DNA of 64,000 bases from Cyanobacteriota bacterium (GCA_046045965.1 JBJOKS010000003.1:165127-229126); one strand, 5' to 3'. Positions 50,370-62,134 are shown, counted from the stretch's first letter. Numbers and translations are program-made. The notes: a model not told the origin generated them from the letters alone.

Positions 50370-51479
50370 TTAAAATGTTACTACACTTCTAATTGATTCA
50401 CCCTTGTGCATTAAATCAAAAGCATCATTAATTTTTTCAATTGGCATGACATGAGTAATTAAATCATCAATATTTATCTTTCCTTCCATATACCAATCTA
50501 CTATTTTCGGTACATCTGTCCGCCCTCTTGCACCACCAAAAGCTGAACCTTTCCACACTCTTCCTGTCACTAATTGAAAGGGACGAGTGCTAATTTCTTG
50601 ACCTGCACCAGCTACCCCAATAATGACACTAACTCCCCAACCTTTATGACAACATTCTAATGCTTGACGCATGACTTTGACATTACCAATACATTCAAAA
50701 GAATAGTCAGCACCACCTTTAGTTAAATCTACCAAATAAGCAACTAAATCACCTTCAATTTCGTTAGGATTAACAAAATGTGTCATGCCAAATTTTTCAG
50801 CTAATGCGCGTCTATTAGGATTGATGTCTACACCTACAATCATATTTGCGCCTACAATTTGTGACCCTTGGATCACATTTAACCCAATTCCCCCCAAACC
50901 GAAAACTACGACATTTGCACCTGGTTCTACTTTAGCTGTATTAATTACCGCACCTATTCCCGTAGTTACACCGCATCCGATATAACAAACTTTATCAAAA
51001 GGTGCATCTTCCCGAATTTTGGCTACAGCTATTTCTGGTAACACCGTGTAATTAGCAAAGGTGGAAGTACCCATATAATGGTGAATCATGTCACCACCAA
51101 TACTAAATCTACTCGTACCATCGGGCATTACTCCCCGTCCTTGGGTAGCGCGAATGGCTTGACAGAGGTTAGTTTTAAAGCTTAAACAATAATCACACTG
51201 CCGACATTCGGGAGTGTATAAAGGAATTACATGATCTCCGGGTTTAAGACTTTTTACACCTTCTCCCACTTCCACAACCACACCAGCGCCTTCATGACCT
51301 AAAATAGCAGGAAATAACCCTTCTGGATCTGCACCAGAAAGGGTATAAGCATCTGTATGACAAACACCACTGGCTTTAATTTCAATTAATACTTCTCCCG
51401 CTTGTGGTCCTTGGAGTTGTACGGTTTCAATAGTTAATGGTTTACCTGCACTGTAAGCGATCGCTGCTTTTACTTCCAA
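50370..51479 (-). CDS. frmA: S-(hydroxymethyl)glutathione dehydrogenase / class III alcohol dehydrogenase
   Basis: [48 protein letters not shown]. Confidence 0.96.
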   Translation of the reverse strand: MEVKAAIAYSAGKPLTIETVQLQGPQAGEVLIEIKASGVCHTDAYTLSGADPEGLFPAILGHEGAGVVVEVGEGVKSLKPGDHVIPLYTPECRQCDYCLSFKTNLCQAIRATQGRGVMPDGTSRFSIGGDMIHHYMGTSTFANYTVLPEIAVAKIREDAPFDKVCYIGCGVTTGIGAVINTAKVEPGANVVVFGLGGIGLNVIQGSQIVGANMIVGVDINPNRRALAEKFGMTHFVNPNEIEGDLVAYLVDLTKGGADYSFECIGNVKVMRQALECCHKGWGVSVIIGVAGAGQEISTRPFQLVTGRVWKGSAFGGARGRTDVPKIVDWYMEGKINIDDLITHVMPIEKINDAFDLMHKGESIRSVVTF

Positions 51480-51602
51480 AATTCTCTTCTCCCCTCAATT
51501 AACTGATATTGAGTTTATACTACTGTCACCTTTCACCTGTTCCCTGTCACCTACTATCTGAAGATTTTTTTAGCGATCGCTTGCCAAACTCCATCACCGT
51601 AT

Positions 51603-51616
51603 AGTACATTTGTACG
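51603..51616. promoter_or_regulatory. Putative cyanobacterial LexA box
   Basis: AGTAC-ATTT-GTACG matches RGTACNNNDGTWCB and overlaps a candidate -10 (TACATT) 18 bp after TTGCCA. Confidence 0.55.
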
Positions 51617-52182
51617 GTTACAAGAGAAATCCCCCCACCTCACAAGTGGGGCTTTATTATTTTTCAACTCCGGGAACTGGCAGATTCTGTTAAATTAGAT
51701 AGAATACGCAACCGCTTTGGATTACTTAAGTAAGTCAGTGGGAAAAAACCGAAGTATGTAATAAAAAGTAAACTCACAAAAATCCTCTTCTCTGTTCCCT
51801 GTTCCCTGTTCCCTGTTCCCTTGTCATAACGACAATTTTGAATTTTATAATTTCTGGAAAGATTAAAAAAGCGATCGCTAACTTGGTGGTGCTAGAGCAT
51901 CAATCTTGCTAAGTCAACTTCTATGCTTGAGGTGTCGTCGGGTCAATCGTATTGTAAAAATACGAAGTCGAGCAGATGTAAAGGCGGTTAAGCTGTTGTT
52001 TAAAAAATTGATAAATGTTCTAGACTGAATCAACATGAATATTAAGATAAGACGCTAGGGATAGCTGAGTAAGTATTTTCCAGAAAAGCGTAAATTACGC
52101 AATTCTGACTAGCCTCCACCAATCTGGAAGTAACGATATATTTGAGAATCTATCCCCTAAACCACTGTTTGTTGTTGAATCT

Positions 52183-52995
52183 ATGAAGTCTTATTTAGCC
52201 GCCGCTATTCAAATGACCAGTGTGCCTGATCTACAGAAAAATTTGGCACAAGCAGAAGAATTTATTGATCTGGCCGTGCGTCAGGGTGCAGAGTTGGTGG
52301 GTTTACCAGAAAATTTCTCTTTTATGGGTGAGGAAAAAGATAAACTCGCTCAAGCACAAGCCATAGCTCAAGAAACACAAACATTTCTGATCAAAATGGC
52401 GCAACGCTACCAAATTACTATCCTTGGCGGCGGCTTTCCTGTCCCTGTAGAGAGTACAGGTAGAGTCTACAATACTGCTTTATTAATAGACTTTAACGGT
52501 CAAGAACTCGCTCGCTACCATAAAGTACATCTATTTGATGTCAATGTCCCTGATGGTAACACCTATCAAGAATCCAGCACCGTCATGGCTGGTAAAGTTT
52601 TACCCCCAGTCCATTTCTCCGAGAAATTAGGTAATATCGGACTTTCGATTTGTTATGATGTCCGCTTTCCAGAATTGTATCGCCATCTAGCAGATAAGGG
52701 AGCCGATGTTGTTTTTGTTCCTGCGGCTTTTACTGCTTTTACAGGTAAAGACCACTGGCAAGTATTACTACAAGCTAGGGCTATAGAAAATACTTATTAC
52801 GTGATTGCACCAGCCCAAACAGGTACTAATTATGCCCGTCGTCAAACCCACGGACACGCGATGATTATTGACCCTTGGGGGGCAATTTTAGCTGATGCGG
52901 GGGATAAACCAGGGGTGGCGATCGCCGAAATCAAACCTACTAGACTAGAACAAGTACGCCGACAAATGCCATCTTTACAACATCGGGTGTTTTAG
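52183..52995 (+). CDS. Carbon-nitrogen hydrolase (Nit1/deaminated-glutathione amidase-like)
   Basis: LPENF, YHKVHLFD, SICYDVRFPE, ARAIEN. Confidence 0.9.
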   Translation: MKSYLAAAIQMTSVPDLQKNLAQAEEFIDLAVRQGAELVGLPENFSFMGEEKDKLAQAQAIAQETQTFLIKMAQRYQITILGGGFPVPVESTGRVYNTALLIDFNGQELARYHKVHLFDVNVPDGNTYQESSTVMAGKVLPPVHFSEKLGNIGLSICYDVRFPELYRHLADKGADVVFVPAAFTAFTGKDHWQVLLQARAIENTYYVIAPAQTGTNYARRQTHGHAMIIDPWGAILADAGDKPGVAIAEIKPTRLEQVRRQMPSLQHRVF

Positions 52996-53003
52996 AGACC
53001 AAC

Positions 53004-53036
53004 AAAAAACCGGGAAACAATAACGCCACCCGGTTT
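53004..53036. terminator. Hairpin between the convergent nitrilase and fbaA genes
   Basis: AAAAAACCGGG ... CCCGGTTT. Confidence 0.6.
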
Positions 53037-53087
53037 ATTGATGTTAAGGTATAGCCTAGCTATACCCTAATTTACGGCTGAGAAAGA

Positions 53088-54161
53088 TTAAACTTTAGCA
53101 GCCGCTCTCATTACCAATTCGCCTTTAGCATACTTAGCAGCGAAATCTTCTAAAGAAATTTGCTTAATCTTGCTTGCATTACCCGCAGTACCAAACTGCT
53201 CATAACGATCAGCACAAACCTTCTGCATATATTTAATAGAAGGCTTGAGGAAGTGACGAGGATCAAATTCTTTGGGATTTTTTGCCAATGCTTCACGTAC
53301 AGCCGCAGTGATAGCCAAACGGTTATCAGTGTCAATATTTACCTTACGTACACCACTCTTAATACCTTTTTGAATTTCTTCTACAGGTACACCGTAGGTT
53401 TCAGGAATAGCACCACCAAATTCGTTAATTAATGCAATCAAATCTTCAGGTACAGAAGAAGAACCGTGCATTACCAAGTGAGTGTTAGGTAAGCGACGGT
53501 GAATTTCTTCAATGCGGCTGATAGCCAAAATTTCGCCGGTGGGCTTACGAGTAAACTTATAAGCACCGTGGCTAGTGCCGATAGCAACAGCTAAAGCGTC
53601 TACTTGAGTTGCTTCTACGAAACTAACAGCTTCATCAGGATCAGTCAACAATTGAGAATGGTCAAGAGTACCTTCAAAACCGTGTCCATCTTCAGCTTCA
53701 CCTGCACCGGTTTCTAGAGAACCTAAACAACCGAGTTCACCTTCAACACTCACACCCAAAGAGTGAGCGACGTTGACAACTTCGCTGGTAACTTTAACGT
53801 TATATTCAAAGCTGGCAGGGGTTTTAGCGTCAGCTTCCAAAGAACCATCCATCATCACACTGGTGAAGTTGTTCTTAATAGCTGAATAGCAGGTAGAAGG
53901 AGCATTACCATGATCTTGGTGCATGACAATGGGAATCTGAGGATAGGTTTCTACCGCAGCCAAAATCAGGTGACGCAGGAAGTTTTCTCCTGCATAGTTA
54001 CGAGCGCCGCGAGAAGCTTGTAAGATTACGGGGCTATCTGTATCAGCCGCCGCTTTCATGATTGCCTGAATTTGCTCTAAATTGTTAACGTTAAAAGCTG
54101 GGATGCCGTAACCGTTTTCAGCAGCGTGATCCAAAAGCAACCGCATTGGTACAAGCGCCAT
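53088..54161 (-). CDS. fbaA: Class II fructose-bisphosphate aldolase
   Basis: [34 protein letters not shown]. Confidence 0.97.
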   Translation of the reverse strand: MALVPMRLLLDHAAENGYGIPAFNVNNLEQIQAIMKAAADTDSPVILQASRGARNYAGENFLRHLILAAVETYPQIPIVMHQDHGNAPSTCYSAIKNNFTSVMMDGSLEADAKTPASFEYNVKVTSEVVNVAHSLGVSVEGELGCLGSLETGAGEAEDGHGFEGTLDHSQLLTDPDEAVSFVEATQVDALAVAIGTSHGAYKFTRKPTGEILAISRIEEIHRRLPNTHLVMHGSSSVPEDLIALINEFGGAIPETYGVPVEEIQKGIKSGVRKVNIDTDNRLAITAAVREALAKNPKEFDPRHFLKPSIKYMQKVCADRYEQFGTAGNASKIKQISLEDFAAKYAKGELVMRAAAKV

Positions 54162-54742
54162 AGATAGTCCTCCTAATGTGTTTATCAGCTAGTCAGTTTC
54201 AGACAGGCGTAATATTTACGCTAATCTTAAGAGTTTTTTCAACTTATAGGAAATTATAACTAGGATGGGGTGTTTATGTTTAAAAACTTTGCGGTCTTAC
54301 TCTATCAAGGTAATCTATAGTTTCCATGTACTGTTGTCATGCTGGCTACCGTCAACAGTGTTAATTTGGTAATTTAGGTGACAGGTGAAAGAAGAGGCAG
54401 GGGTGCAGGGTGCAGGGGGAGGTTAATAATCAATCCTATGCCCTAATTCACTGTCACCTCTGATCAGTGCAGGATTTATCTTGCAACTAGCCGATAGCTT
54501 GTATTCTTAGTTACAAGGGGTCCGTAGCATCAAACAACAAACAAGCTAAAGCTCCATAAATTAGGCTAAAATTCTCTTTTCCCCTGCTAGAAAGCCTCCA
54601 GCGCCCTGCCTTAACCTAAGGACAAATATTCACCCCTACCTACCCGCTCTAATAGATGAGAGAACCTACTTGATGCTTCAACTAACTTGTGTAATTAGGG
54701 AACAAGAAAAAGATTTTTTTATAAATGATTTAGGATTTTTGT

Positions 54743-55696
54743 ATGACACTATTTAAACCTGAAGATTGCTTAATTCTAGTCGTTGATGATGTGAAATTAA
54801 ATCTCCAAGTTATTGCCAACATCTTAGACAAAGCTGGCTATGAAATTACGTTAGTTTCTAATGGATATCAAGCATTAGAACGTGTCCAAAATGCTCGCCC
54901 AGACTTAATATTGTTGGACTTGATGATGCCAGAAATTAATGGTTTAGAGGTATGTGAGAAAATTCAATCTAATCCAGAATTAGCAGATATTCCTATTATT
55001 TTTATTTCCGCTAGTCAAGAGCAAGATCATTTACTTAAAGCCTTTGAAAAAGGAGCCGTTGATTACGTCACAAAACCATTTCATACTGCGGAACTTCTTG
55101 CTCGTGTGAGAATGCATTTAGAGTTAAAATATTCGCGGCAGAAATTGAAAAAATTATTGGAAGAACAAAATAAATTAGTCAAACAATTAGAAAAATTAGC
55201 CAACACTGACGCATTAACTGGAGTTTGGAACCGTCGTTATCTTTTAATGATAGCCGAGCAAGAAATCAAGCGTAGTCAGCGATATAATTTGTCCTTTGCT
55301 GTACTCTTAATAGATATTGATCACTTTAAGAAAGTTAATGATACTTATGGACACAATATAGGAGATGAAGTAATTATATTCATGACAAAAATAGTCCTCA
55401 ATCATTTGCGTCAAGTAGATTGTTTTGGTCGGTTTGGAGGTGAAGAATTTGTGGTATTATTACCAGAAACAGATATCGATGAAGGTGTAATAGTAGCTGA
55501 ACGCATTCGAGAAAATATTCATAATCAATGCATTACTGTTGAAGATCAACAAGTCTCAATCACAGTCAGTATTGGTCTAGCTAGTTATAGTTTGGGAGAT
55601 CAGACTATTGATGCTATCATTCAACGAGCCGATCAGGCACTTTATCAAGCTAAAAACCAAGGACGTAACCGGGTAATTGCTAATCATATTTCTTAA
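54743..55696 (+). CDS. Response-regulator diguanylate cyclase (REC-GGDEF)
   Basis: VVDD, LLDLMMP, KPF; DIDHFKKVND, RQVD I-site, GGEEF. Confidence 0.93.
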   Translation: MTLFKPEDCLILVVDDVKLNLQVIANILDKAGYEITLVSNGYQALERVQNARPDLILLDLMMPEINGLEVCEKIQSNPELADIPIIFISASQEQDHLLKAFEKGAVDYVTKPFHTAELLARVRMHLELKYSRQKLKKLLEEQNKLVKQLEKLANTDALTGVWNRRYLLMIAEQEIKRSQRYNLSFAVLLIDIDHFKKVNDTYGHNIGDEVIIFMTKIVLNHLRQVDCFGRFGGEEFVVLLPETDIDEGVIVAERIRENIHNQCITVEDQQVSITVSIGLASYSLGDQTIDAIIQRADQALYQAKNQGRNRVIANHIS

Positions 55697-55721
55697 ATTA
55701 TCAAGGAATGACTCCTGACTG

Positions 55722-58700
55722 CTATATTAGAGCTTCCATTGCTTGTCGTACAGATGGAAACTGCTCAATTATCAAAGGTAGCTGCTCCATATCAAACGCA
55801 TCCAATTTAGTTTGCAAAGAATCAGCATAATCTACCAATAACTGACACTGATGCTCAAGTCCCCAAGTTTTTAGACGCTGAATAAACTGCTTTAATTCAC
55901 GCATTTTCAAAGTTTTACGTAAACTGATCCATACCGTTTGTTCTTCCTCATGTAACTTGATTAATAACCCTGGTAGATTTATCGTATGATTTAAGAATTG
56001 CTGAGATTCAGTATTGCTTTGAGAGCTATCTAATTGATTTTGTTTTTCCACAGTAATTACAGACTGTAAATGCTTTTTTAATTCTTGAACAAGTTCGATC
56101 CGACTAATAGGCTTAGATAAAAATCCCTGACAAATTTGCTCAAGTTCATATTGCTCTTGGGCTTGAGATGAAGCTGTGAGAATGACGATAGGAATATTTT
56201 TGGTTTTTTCATCCTGTTTGAGATGTTGTGCAGTTTCTTTTCCATCCATAATGGGCATTCTCAGATCCATTAAAATCAAATGGGGATGGTGTAATTGAGC
56301 GACATTAATCGCTTGTTGTCCATTTTCTAGCAGCAGAATTAAGTGATGAGTTTTATGAAAATATCCCTTGATTAATTCTCGATTTGATGCCACATCATCT
56401 ACAACTAAAATTGTGCTGGGGGCAAACTGGTTTAAATCATCATCTGGCGATTCTGCAACTATTTCTGGTAAACCAGTGGCAGGGGAAACTGCGGGAAAAA
56501 CAAAAGTGAAAATACTACCTTTTCCCAATTCACTTTGGAGTGTTATTATTCCCCCCATCATATTCATTAATCGCCTAGTGATTGCTAGTCCTAAACCTGT
56601 ACCACCATATTTGCGATCGCTTTGTCCTGAACTCTGAAAAAATGCCTCAAAAATTCTTTGTTGCTGCTCACGAGCAATGCCAATACCTGTATCTTCAACA
56701 GCAATTTCTAACCAAATTTTTTCTTCTGTATTTGTAGCATAAAGATGAGCGCGGATAGATATTTCAATTTGTCCTTTGTCCGTGAATTTTAAAGCATTAC
56801 CGACAACGTTAAAGAGGATTTGCCGCAACCGGACTTCATCAATGTAAATAGCTTGAGGAACTGTATGCTCAATATTGAAACAGAGGTCTAAATTTTTATC
56901 TGTTGCATTGGGGCTAAATATTTGGAAAATTTCTCTAATTAGTCTTCGTAAATCAACAGGTTCGTAGTGAAGTTCGAGTTTACCCGCTTCAATTTTAGAG
57001 AGATCAAGAATATCATTAATTAATGCCAGTAGAGTTCTGCCACTAGAGGTAATAGCTTGAACATAAGATGCTATGTGAAGTTCTGTAACCTCAGATTGCA
57101 ATAAATCTGCAAAACCCAAAATGGCATTCATCGGTGTACGAATTTCGTGACTCATATTAGCCAGAAATTCGCTTTTAGCTTGGTTAGCAGTTTCAGCTTG
57201 CTGTTTTGCTTCCTCCAGCGCCAAGTTTTTCAGCCTTAGTTCTTGTTCAGCGTGTTTTCGCATGGTAATATCTGTCATCATCGCTAATGCACCTAAATAT
57301 TTTCCCGTACTATCAATAATAGGTGTAGTAGAAACTATTACCCATAAGTCAGAGCCATCTTGACGGCGAAATTTGAAATCGTGTTGCTCTTGAATACCTT
57401 GATTGCGACGTTCTAAGTAGGTTTGGGCAAGTTTATTTTCTGTTATGCCCATAAAAGCAAATAAAGGTTTTCCCAGCATTTCTTCTACAGAATAGCCCAA
57501 CATTGCTGCCATTTGGGCGTTTACAAAGCTGGTTTTGCCTTCTATATCGAGCATCCAAATTCCTTCAGTGGTTGTTTCTACAATACGTCGATATTGTTCC
57601 TCACTTTTTCGCAGTGCGGCTTCGGCTTGTTGAGTGCGAATTAACTCTTGTTGTAAACTTTGATTGGCCGCTTGCAGTGCTGTGGTTCTTTCTGCTACCT
57701 TAGCTTCCAGTTCTGTATTGGCTCTCTGGACTTGTTCTAGTAAAGTAGCTAGTTGAATAGCATTTGCTACTTGTATTGATAACTGTTCTAAAAATTCCAC
57801 CTCGTCAGGTTGCCACGGACGTACATCTGTGCAACTATGAGCAATTAGCAGCCCCCATAGTGAATCATCTACTGAAATTGGTACTACTAAATTGGCTTTG
57901 ATTTGAAACTGTGTTAAAAATTCAATGTGACAAGCACTTAACTCGGCTTGATGAATATCTGCAATAGCTTGAGAAAATCTATTTTGATAAGAGTCTAGCC
58001 AATTTTGCTCGAAGCACTGATCTTTAATAATTCTGCCTAAAATTGACCATTGGGGTGTCTCTACAGATTCTACTGTCACTTTTCCACTCCAGTCAGAGTA
58101 AAAGCGATAAATAATTACACGCTCAACCTTTAATAATTCTCTTACTTCTGTGACGGTTGTTTGCAAAATTGTTTCTAAACTTAAAGATGAGCGAATGCGA
58201 AAAGCGATATCGGCTAACAGTTGGTGGCATTGATTTTGGGTTTGTAGCTTGGTATTGCGATCGCTCACCTGTTCTTGAAGATCACAATTAAGGCGTTTGA
58301 GCAAATCTAGTTTTTCACTTTCTAGTTTCTCTACCTGTTCTTGTAATATGGCAATAGTTTGGTGCTGTTCTTTGATATCTACAGCTTGTAAAATGCTTGG
58401 CTCGGTCAAAATTCCTACTAAATAACCTTCGTTGTTAGCAACAACAAATCTCCGCACATTCCGCTGCTGCATTGCTTCATGAGTTTCCCAAAGTGAATCA
58501 TCAGGATGGACAAAAAACAGAGGGGAACTCATTACTTGTTGTGCTGATAATTCCCTTAAGTTCATCTCCAAAGTTGGGAATTGAATAATATCCCGTTCTG
58601 TGATAATTCCTACGGGTAGAATTTTTCCGGGTTTAACTTCATCACCAATGACTACACAACTAACATGATCAGAGGCCATTAGTTGTGCTAACTCCAGCAC

Positions 58701-59207
58701 CATTGTTGTAGGAGGTGCATGAATGACATTTTCTACCATTACCTCTTTGACATAGCGAAACTTGAGTAAATCAACTGGTTTTAGCACACTACAAATGCTG
58801 GACTGTGTGACTAAACCCACAACTTGATCCTGTTCATTGAGAATTGGTAAATGACGAATCCGATGCTGAAGTAATAATTGGATCACTCTCATCGGTTCTC
58901 GCGCTTCCCATTCTTGACAGGTGATCAACTCCTGTGTCATCACTTCACAAACTGTAGTTTCTCTGAAACTGCGCTGTTGTGCAGCTAGTCTCACTAAATC
59001 TCGTTCTGTTAATAAGCCAACTAATTGCTGGTTATCTAACACCAAAATACAAGTAGCACTACGGGAATTGGTGTCAGAGACATTATCCCCCAATCTACTC
59101 ATAATCTCTACCGCTTGCTGTAGAGATGTATCTGGATCTACGGCAATAAAGTGACGCTGAATACATTCATCAGCGAGGTAATGCAGTGAAGGATTTGCAG
59201 ATTCCAT
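55722..59207 (-). CDS. Hybrid histidine kinase with CBS domains, DXCF cyanobacteriochrome GAF, PAS, HisKA/HATPase and REC
   Basis: CBS motifs (GLLTERDL, GIITERDI); GAF KDQCF...ACHIEFL; PAS; FLANMSHEIRTPMN; GGTGLGL; VVDD...LMDLRMP. Confidence 0.9.
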   Translation of the reverse strand: MESANPSLHYLADECIQRHFIAVDPDTSLQQAVEIMSRLGDNVSDTNSRSATCILVLDNQQLVGLLTERDLVRLAAQQRSFRETTVCEVMTQELITCQEWEAREPMRVIQLLLQHRIRHLPILNEQDQVVGLVTQSSICSVLKPVDLLKFRYVKEVMVENVIHAPPTTMVLELAQLMASDHVSCVVIGDEVKPGKILPVGIITERDIIQFPTLEMNLRELSAQQVMSSPLFFVHPDDSLWETHEAMQQRNVRRFVVANNEGYLVGILTEPSILQAVDIKEQHQTIAILQEQVEKLESEKLDLLKRLNCDLQEQVSDRNTKLQTQNQCHQLLADIAFRIRSSLSLETILQTTVTEVRELLKVERVIIYRFYSDWSGKVTVESVETPQWSILGRIIKDQCFEQNWLDSYQNRFSQAIADIHQAELSACHIEFLTQFQIKANLVVPISVDDSLWGLLIAHSCTDVRPWQPDEVEFLEQLSIQVANAIQLATLLEQVQRANTELEAKVAERTTALQAANQSLQQELIRTQQAEAALRKSEEQYRRIVETTTEGIWMLDIEGKTSFVNAQMAAMLGYSVEEMLGKPLFAFMGITENKLAQTYLERRNQGIQEQHDFKFRRQDGSDLWVIVSTTPIIDSTGKYLGALAMMTDITMRKHAEQELRLKNLALEEAKQQAETANQAKSEFLANMSHEIRTPMNAILGFADLLQSEVTELHIASYVQAITSSGRTLLALINDILDLSKIEAGKLELHYEPVDLRRLIREIFQIFSPNATDKNLDLCFNIEHTVPQAIYIDEVRLRQILFNVVGNALKFTDKGQIEISIRAHLYATNTEEKIWLEIAVEDTGIGIAREQQQRIFEAFFQSSGQSDRKYGGTGLGLAITRRLMNMMGGIITLQSELGKGSIFTFVFPAVSPATGLPEIVAESPDDDLNQFAPSTILVVDDVASNRELIKGYFHKTHHLILLLENGQQAINVAQLHHPHLILMDLRMPIMDGKETAQHLKQDEKTKNIPIVILTASSQAQEQYELEQICQGFLSKPISRIELVQELKKHLQSVITVEKQNQLDSSQSNTESQQFLNHTINLPGLLIKLHEEEQTVWISLRKTLKMRELKQFIQRLKTWGLEHQCQLLVDYADSLQTKLDAFDMEQLPLIIEQFPSVRQAMEALI

Positions 59208-59703
59208 GATGAAACCCAGAGCTTGAGTTTATTGGTACTTTCTTAGTGTTCCCCAAATATTGCTATATCACACCAGACAAGTAAGTTGTAGCTAGGGTTT
59301 TTTCGGACTTTACCAACAGTAGTGACACTGATCACATCAATTATTAGGCATTAATCACTAACCAATTTAGTTAAAATCACTGCCTATCACCTATTAATAT
59401 CAACGTTAAACTTACTGAAAATCACAGCTTTACCTTATCTTCATCACTGTCTAACTCATTCAAATCACTGTATATTTATCATATCAGCCAGCCGGGGAAA
59501 ACAGTCATGCAGTTGATTAATAGTATTTTTACCCAAAATTCCACACCAGCTTTTACTTCTACCAGTCTAACTAGCACCCAAAGCGATAATATTTATACTT
59601 TGGAAAATTTGATTCAAACTTTGGAAGAAGCAGCTAACTGTTTGGCAGTTGTTTCCCAGCAGCAAATACAGGCAGGTTAATATCAGGTGAAGTTAACCAA
59701 AAA

Positions 59704-61428
59704 TTAACTAAATTGTTGAGCATAAAACCGCGCATATCTCCCTTCTAATGCTAACAATTCTTCATGATTTCCTGATTCGACAATTTGCCCTTTTTCTAAG
59801 ACTAATATGCGATCGCATTTTCTCACTGTTGATAATCTGTGAGCAATAATTAATACAGTGCGATTTGACATCAATCTTTCTAAAGCCTGCTGTACCAATG
59901 CTTCTGACTCTGAATCTAAGGCTGATGTCGCTTCATCCAGTATCAAAATTTGCGGGTTTAAGAGTACAGCACGGGCGATCGCTATTCTCTGTCTTTGTCC
60001 TCCTGATAAGTTGACACCTCTTTCACCTACCCAAGTTTGATAACCTTCGGGTAATTGCATAATAAATTGATGAGCGTTAGCAATTTTGGCCGCTGCTTCC
60101 ACTGCTTCCATCTCAAAGGTTTCTTGTCCAAAAGCAATATTTTGAGCTATAGTTCCTGAAAACATAATTGTTTCTTGGGGAACTATACCAATTTGTTTTC
60201 TTAAACTATTTAATGTTACATCTTTAATATTCACATCATCTATAAAAATATCTCCAGATTCAGGATCATAAAACCTGGGTAATAAATTCACAAATGTAGT
60301 TTTACCAGCACCGGAAGCACCCACAAGTGCAATAGCTTCTCCAGAATTTACTAATAAACTAATATTATTTAATACCAGTTCACCAGGTTTATAGGAGAAA
60401 GTTACATCACGATATTCAACTTTGCCATTTACAGATGGAAGAGTAATTGCAATTGGTTTTTCTAATACTGTCGGTTGAATAGCTAATAACTCAAATACTC
60501 TGTCAACTGAAGCCTCACCTTGTTTAAATTCATTATAATTATTGGTAGTATGACCGATAGGATCAATTAACAAAGCTGCTGCTGCTAAATAACTGAAAAA
60601 ATCTCCTACTGTTAAATTGTTTTGAGAAATTTGCCACGTTCCCACCATCAACAAAGATAAAGCACTCACAGCTTCTAAAAAACCCACAATGGGAATTTGA
60701 ATTGCTTTTAATCTTTCGGCGGAATATTTAGCTTTTAAAGTTCTTTCTGCTTCATGACTGAATCTATTAATTTCGTAATTTTCTGCTGCAAAAGCTTGGA
60801 TTAAACGAATCCCACTAAAAACTTCTGTTAAAATAGCTGATAAATCAGAAATCCGGTTTTGACTTTTGAGAGAAAATTTGCGTAAACGTTCCCCAAACCA
60901 ACCAATTAAAACTCCCATAATTGGCGCTACAATTACCGTAGCTAGGGTAAGTTGCCAATTTAAGTAAATCATATAAATGGGAATAGCAATTAGTTGTAAA
61001 ACACAGGGAACAAAATCATGAAAAACCTTATTTACAACTTCGCCAACTCTGTCTACATCTTCTGTGAGACGATAAGATAAATCTCCAGCTTTTGCAGTTT
61101 CAAAATAACTAAGATTGAGTTTTTGTAAATGTGCGTAAACCTGTTGACGGAGATAAAAAGCAACCCTTAAAGCTGCTTTAGCCATATATAAATCTTGTAC
61201 AGATTGGAAAAAACCACGGACAAGAAATACTAAAGCACAAATACCCGTTAATTGAGCGATCGCCACTACATTACCCTGTCCAAAGGGAACTGCTAATTTA
61301 CCTGCTAAATTAATCAGTGTTAAAGTAGCTAAAACATAGCCTATAATACCCACAAATCCTTTAGCAATAGTTTCCCATTGTTTGCGGATATAGGGTAAAA
61401 GTAACCAATAATTAGAACGATTTTTCAT
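59704..61428 (-). CDS. ABC transporter permease/ATP-binding protein (MsbA-like exporter)
   Basis: TM domain plus GASGAGKT, LSGGQRQR, LDEATSALD. Confidence 0.93.
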   Translation of the reverse strand: MKNRSNYWLLLPYIRKQWETIAKGFVGIIGYVLATLTLINLAGKLAVPFGQGNVVAIAQLTGICALVFLVRGFFQSVQDLYMAKAALRVAFYLRQQVYAHLQKLNLSYFETAKAGDLSYRLTEDVDRVGEVVNKVFHDFVPCVLQLIAIPIYMIYLNWQLTLATVIVAPIMGVLIGWFGERLRKFSLKSQNRISDLSAILTEVFSGIRLIQAFAAENYEINRFSHEAERTLKAKYSAERLKAIQIPIVGFLEAVSALSLLMVGTWQISQNNLTVGDFFSYLAAAALLIDPIGHTTNNYNEFKQGEASVDRVFELLAIQPTVLEKPIAITLPSVNGKVEYRDVTFSYKPGELVLNNISLLVNSGEAIALVGASGAGKTTFVNLLPRFYDPESGDIFIDDVNIKDVTLNSLRKQIGIVPQETIMFSGTIAQNIAFGQETFEMEAVEAAAKIANAHQFIMQLPEGYQTWVGERGVNLSGGQRQRIAIARAVLLNPQILILDEATSALDSESEALVQQALERLMSNRTVLIIAHRLSTVRKCDRILVLEKGQIVESGNHEELLALEGRYARFYAQQFS

Positions 61429-61510
61429 TAGTTATTTATTAGTCATTATTTATTGGTTATTGGTGATGAGTCATTAGTTATTAATTGATATTTACCCAAT
61501 CACCAATCAC

Positions 61511-62134
61511 CTATCTACCTAACCAAGCTTTGATCACATCCAATAAACTAGAACCACCCCAAACCAAAGCTAGTAAAATAGAAGTAGTTAAAATTCCCCC
61601 CATTAAACACAGAACCAAACCGCCTAAACTAATAGCACCATCATCCTCTGACAAACCAAAAGCAGTAACAAAAATGCCCATAGCTGGTAAAGTATTAGTA
61701 CCAGGGATGGGAATCATCATAGAAATAGCCATCAGAGCGATCGCCACTCCAATAGTTACTCTACCTGGTAATGTGGTACAAATATAAGAAAGACGGGGAC
61801 GAGCGATCGCTTCAATTCTTCGCAACCAAGGCAGCCCCGCTTTCAAAACACCTTGCACTGTCGAGAGTTGAATTTGATGATTCATCATTTTAGCAGGTAG
61901 CCAAGGAGTTTTAGCACCTGCAACCAACTGTACCGCTAACAAAAAAATTAGCACACCAAAAGGCGTTGAATAACCAGGTGCAGGAACTGGTAAAGCAGAA
62001 GGTAGAGACAGAATAACCAGCAAAAACCCAAAAATTCTTTCTCCAGCTAGTAACAAAATATCTGCCAAAGTTACTTTTTCAGAACGTTCTTCTTCAAAAA
62101 AATAGCGTTGTAATTCGTTAGACAGTTTAGCCAT
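61511..62134 (-). CDS. exoD: Exopolysaccharide biosynthesis protein ExoD family
   Basis: ERIFGFLLVILSLP..LP.P, PWLP, PIPGTNTLPA, DDG. Confidence 0.85.
   Translation of the reverse strand: MAKLSNELQRYFFEEERSEKVTLADILLLAGERIFGFLLVILSLPSALPVPAPGYSTPFGVLIFLLAVQLVAGAKTPWLPAKMMNHQIQLSTVQGVLKAGLPWLRRIEAIARPRLSYICTTLPGRVTIGVAIALMAISMMIPIPGTNTLPAMGIFVTAFGLSEDDGAISLGGLVLCLMGGILTTSILLALVWGGSSLLDVIKAWLGR

Noticed and set aside
52088..54221. Shared GCGTAA/TTACGC palindromes upstream of the nitrilase (52088-52100) and fbaA (54207-54221) genes as one operator
   Set aside because: The spacers differ (1 versus 3 nt) and there are only two instances, so chance or small RNA hairpins cannot be excluded.
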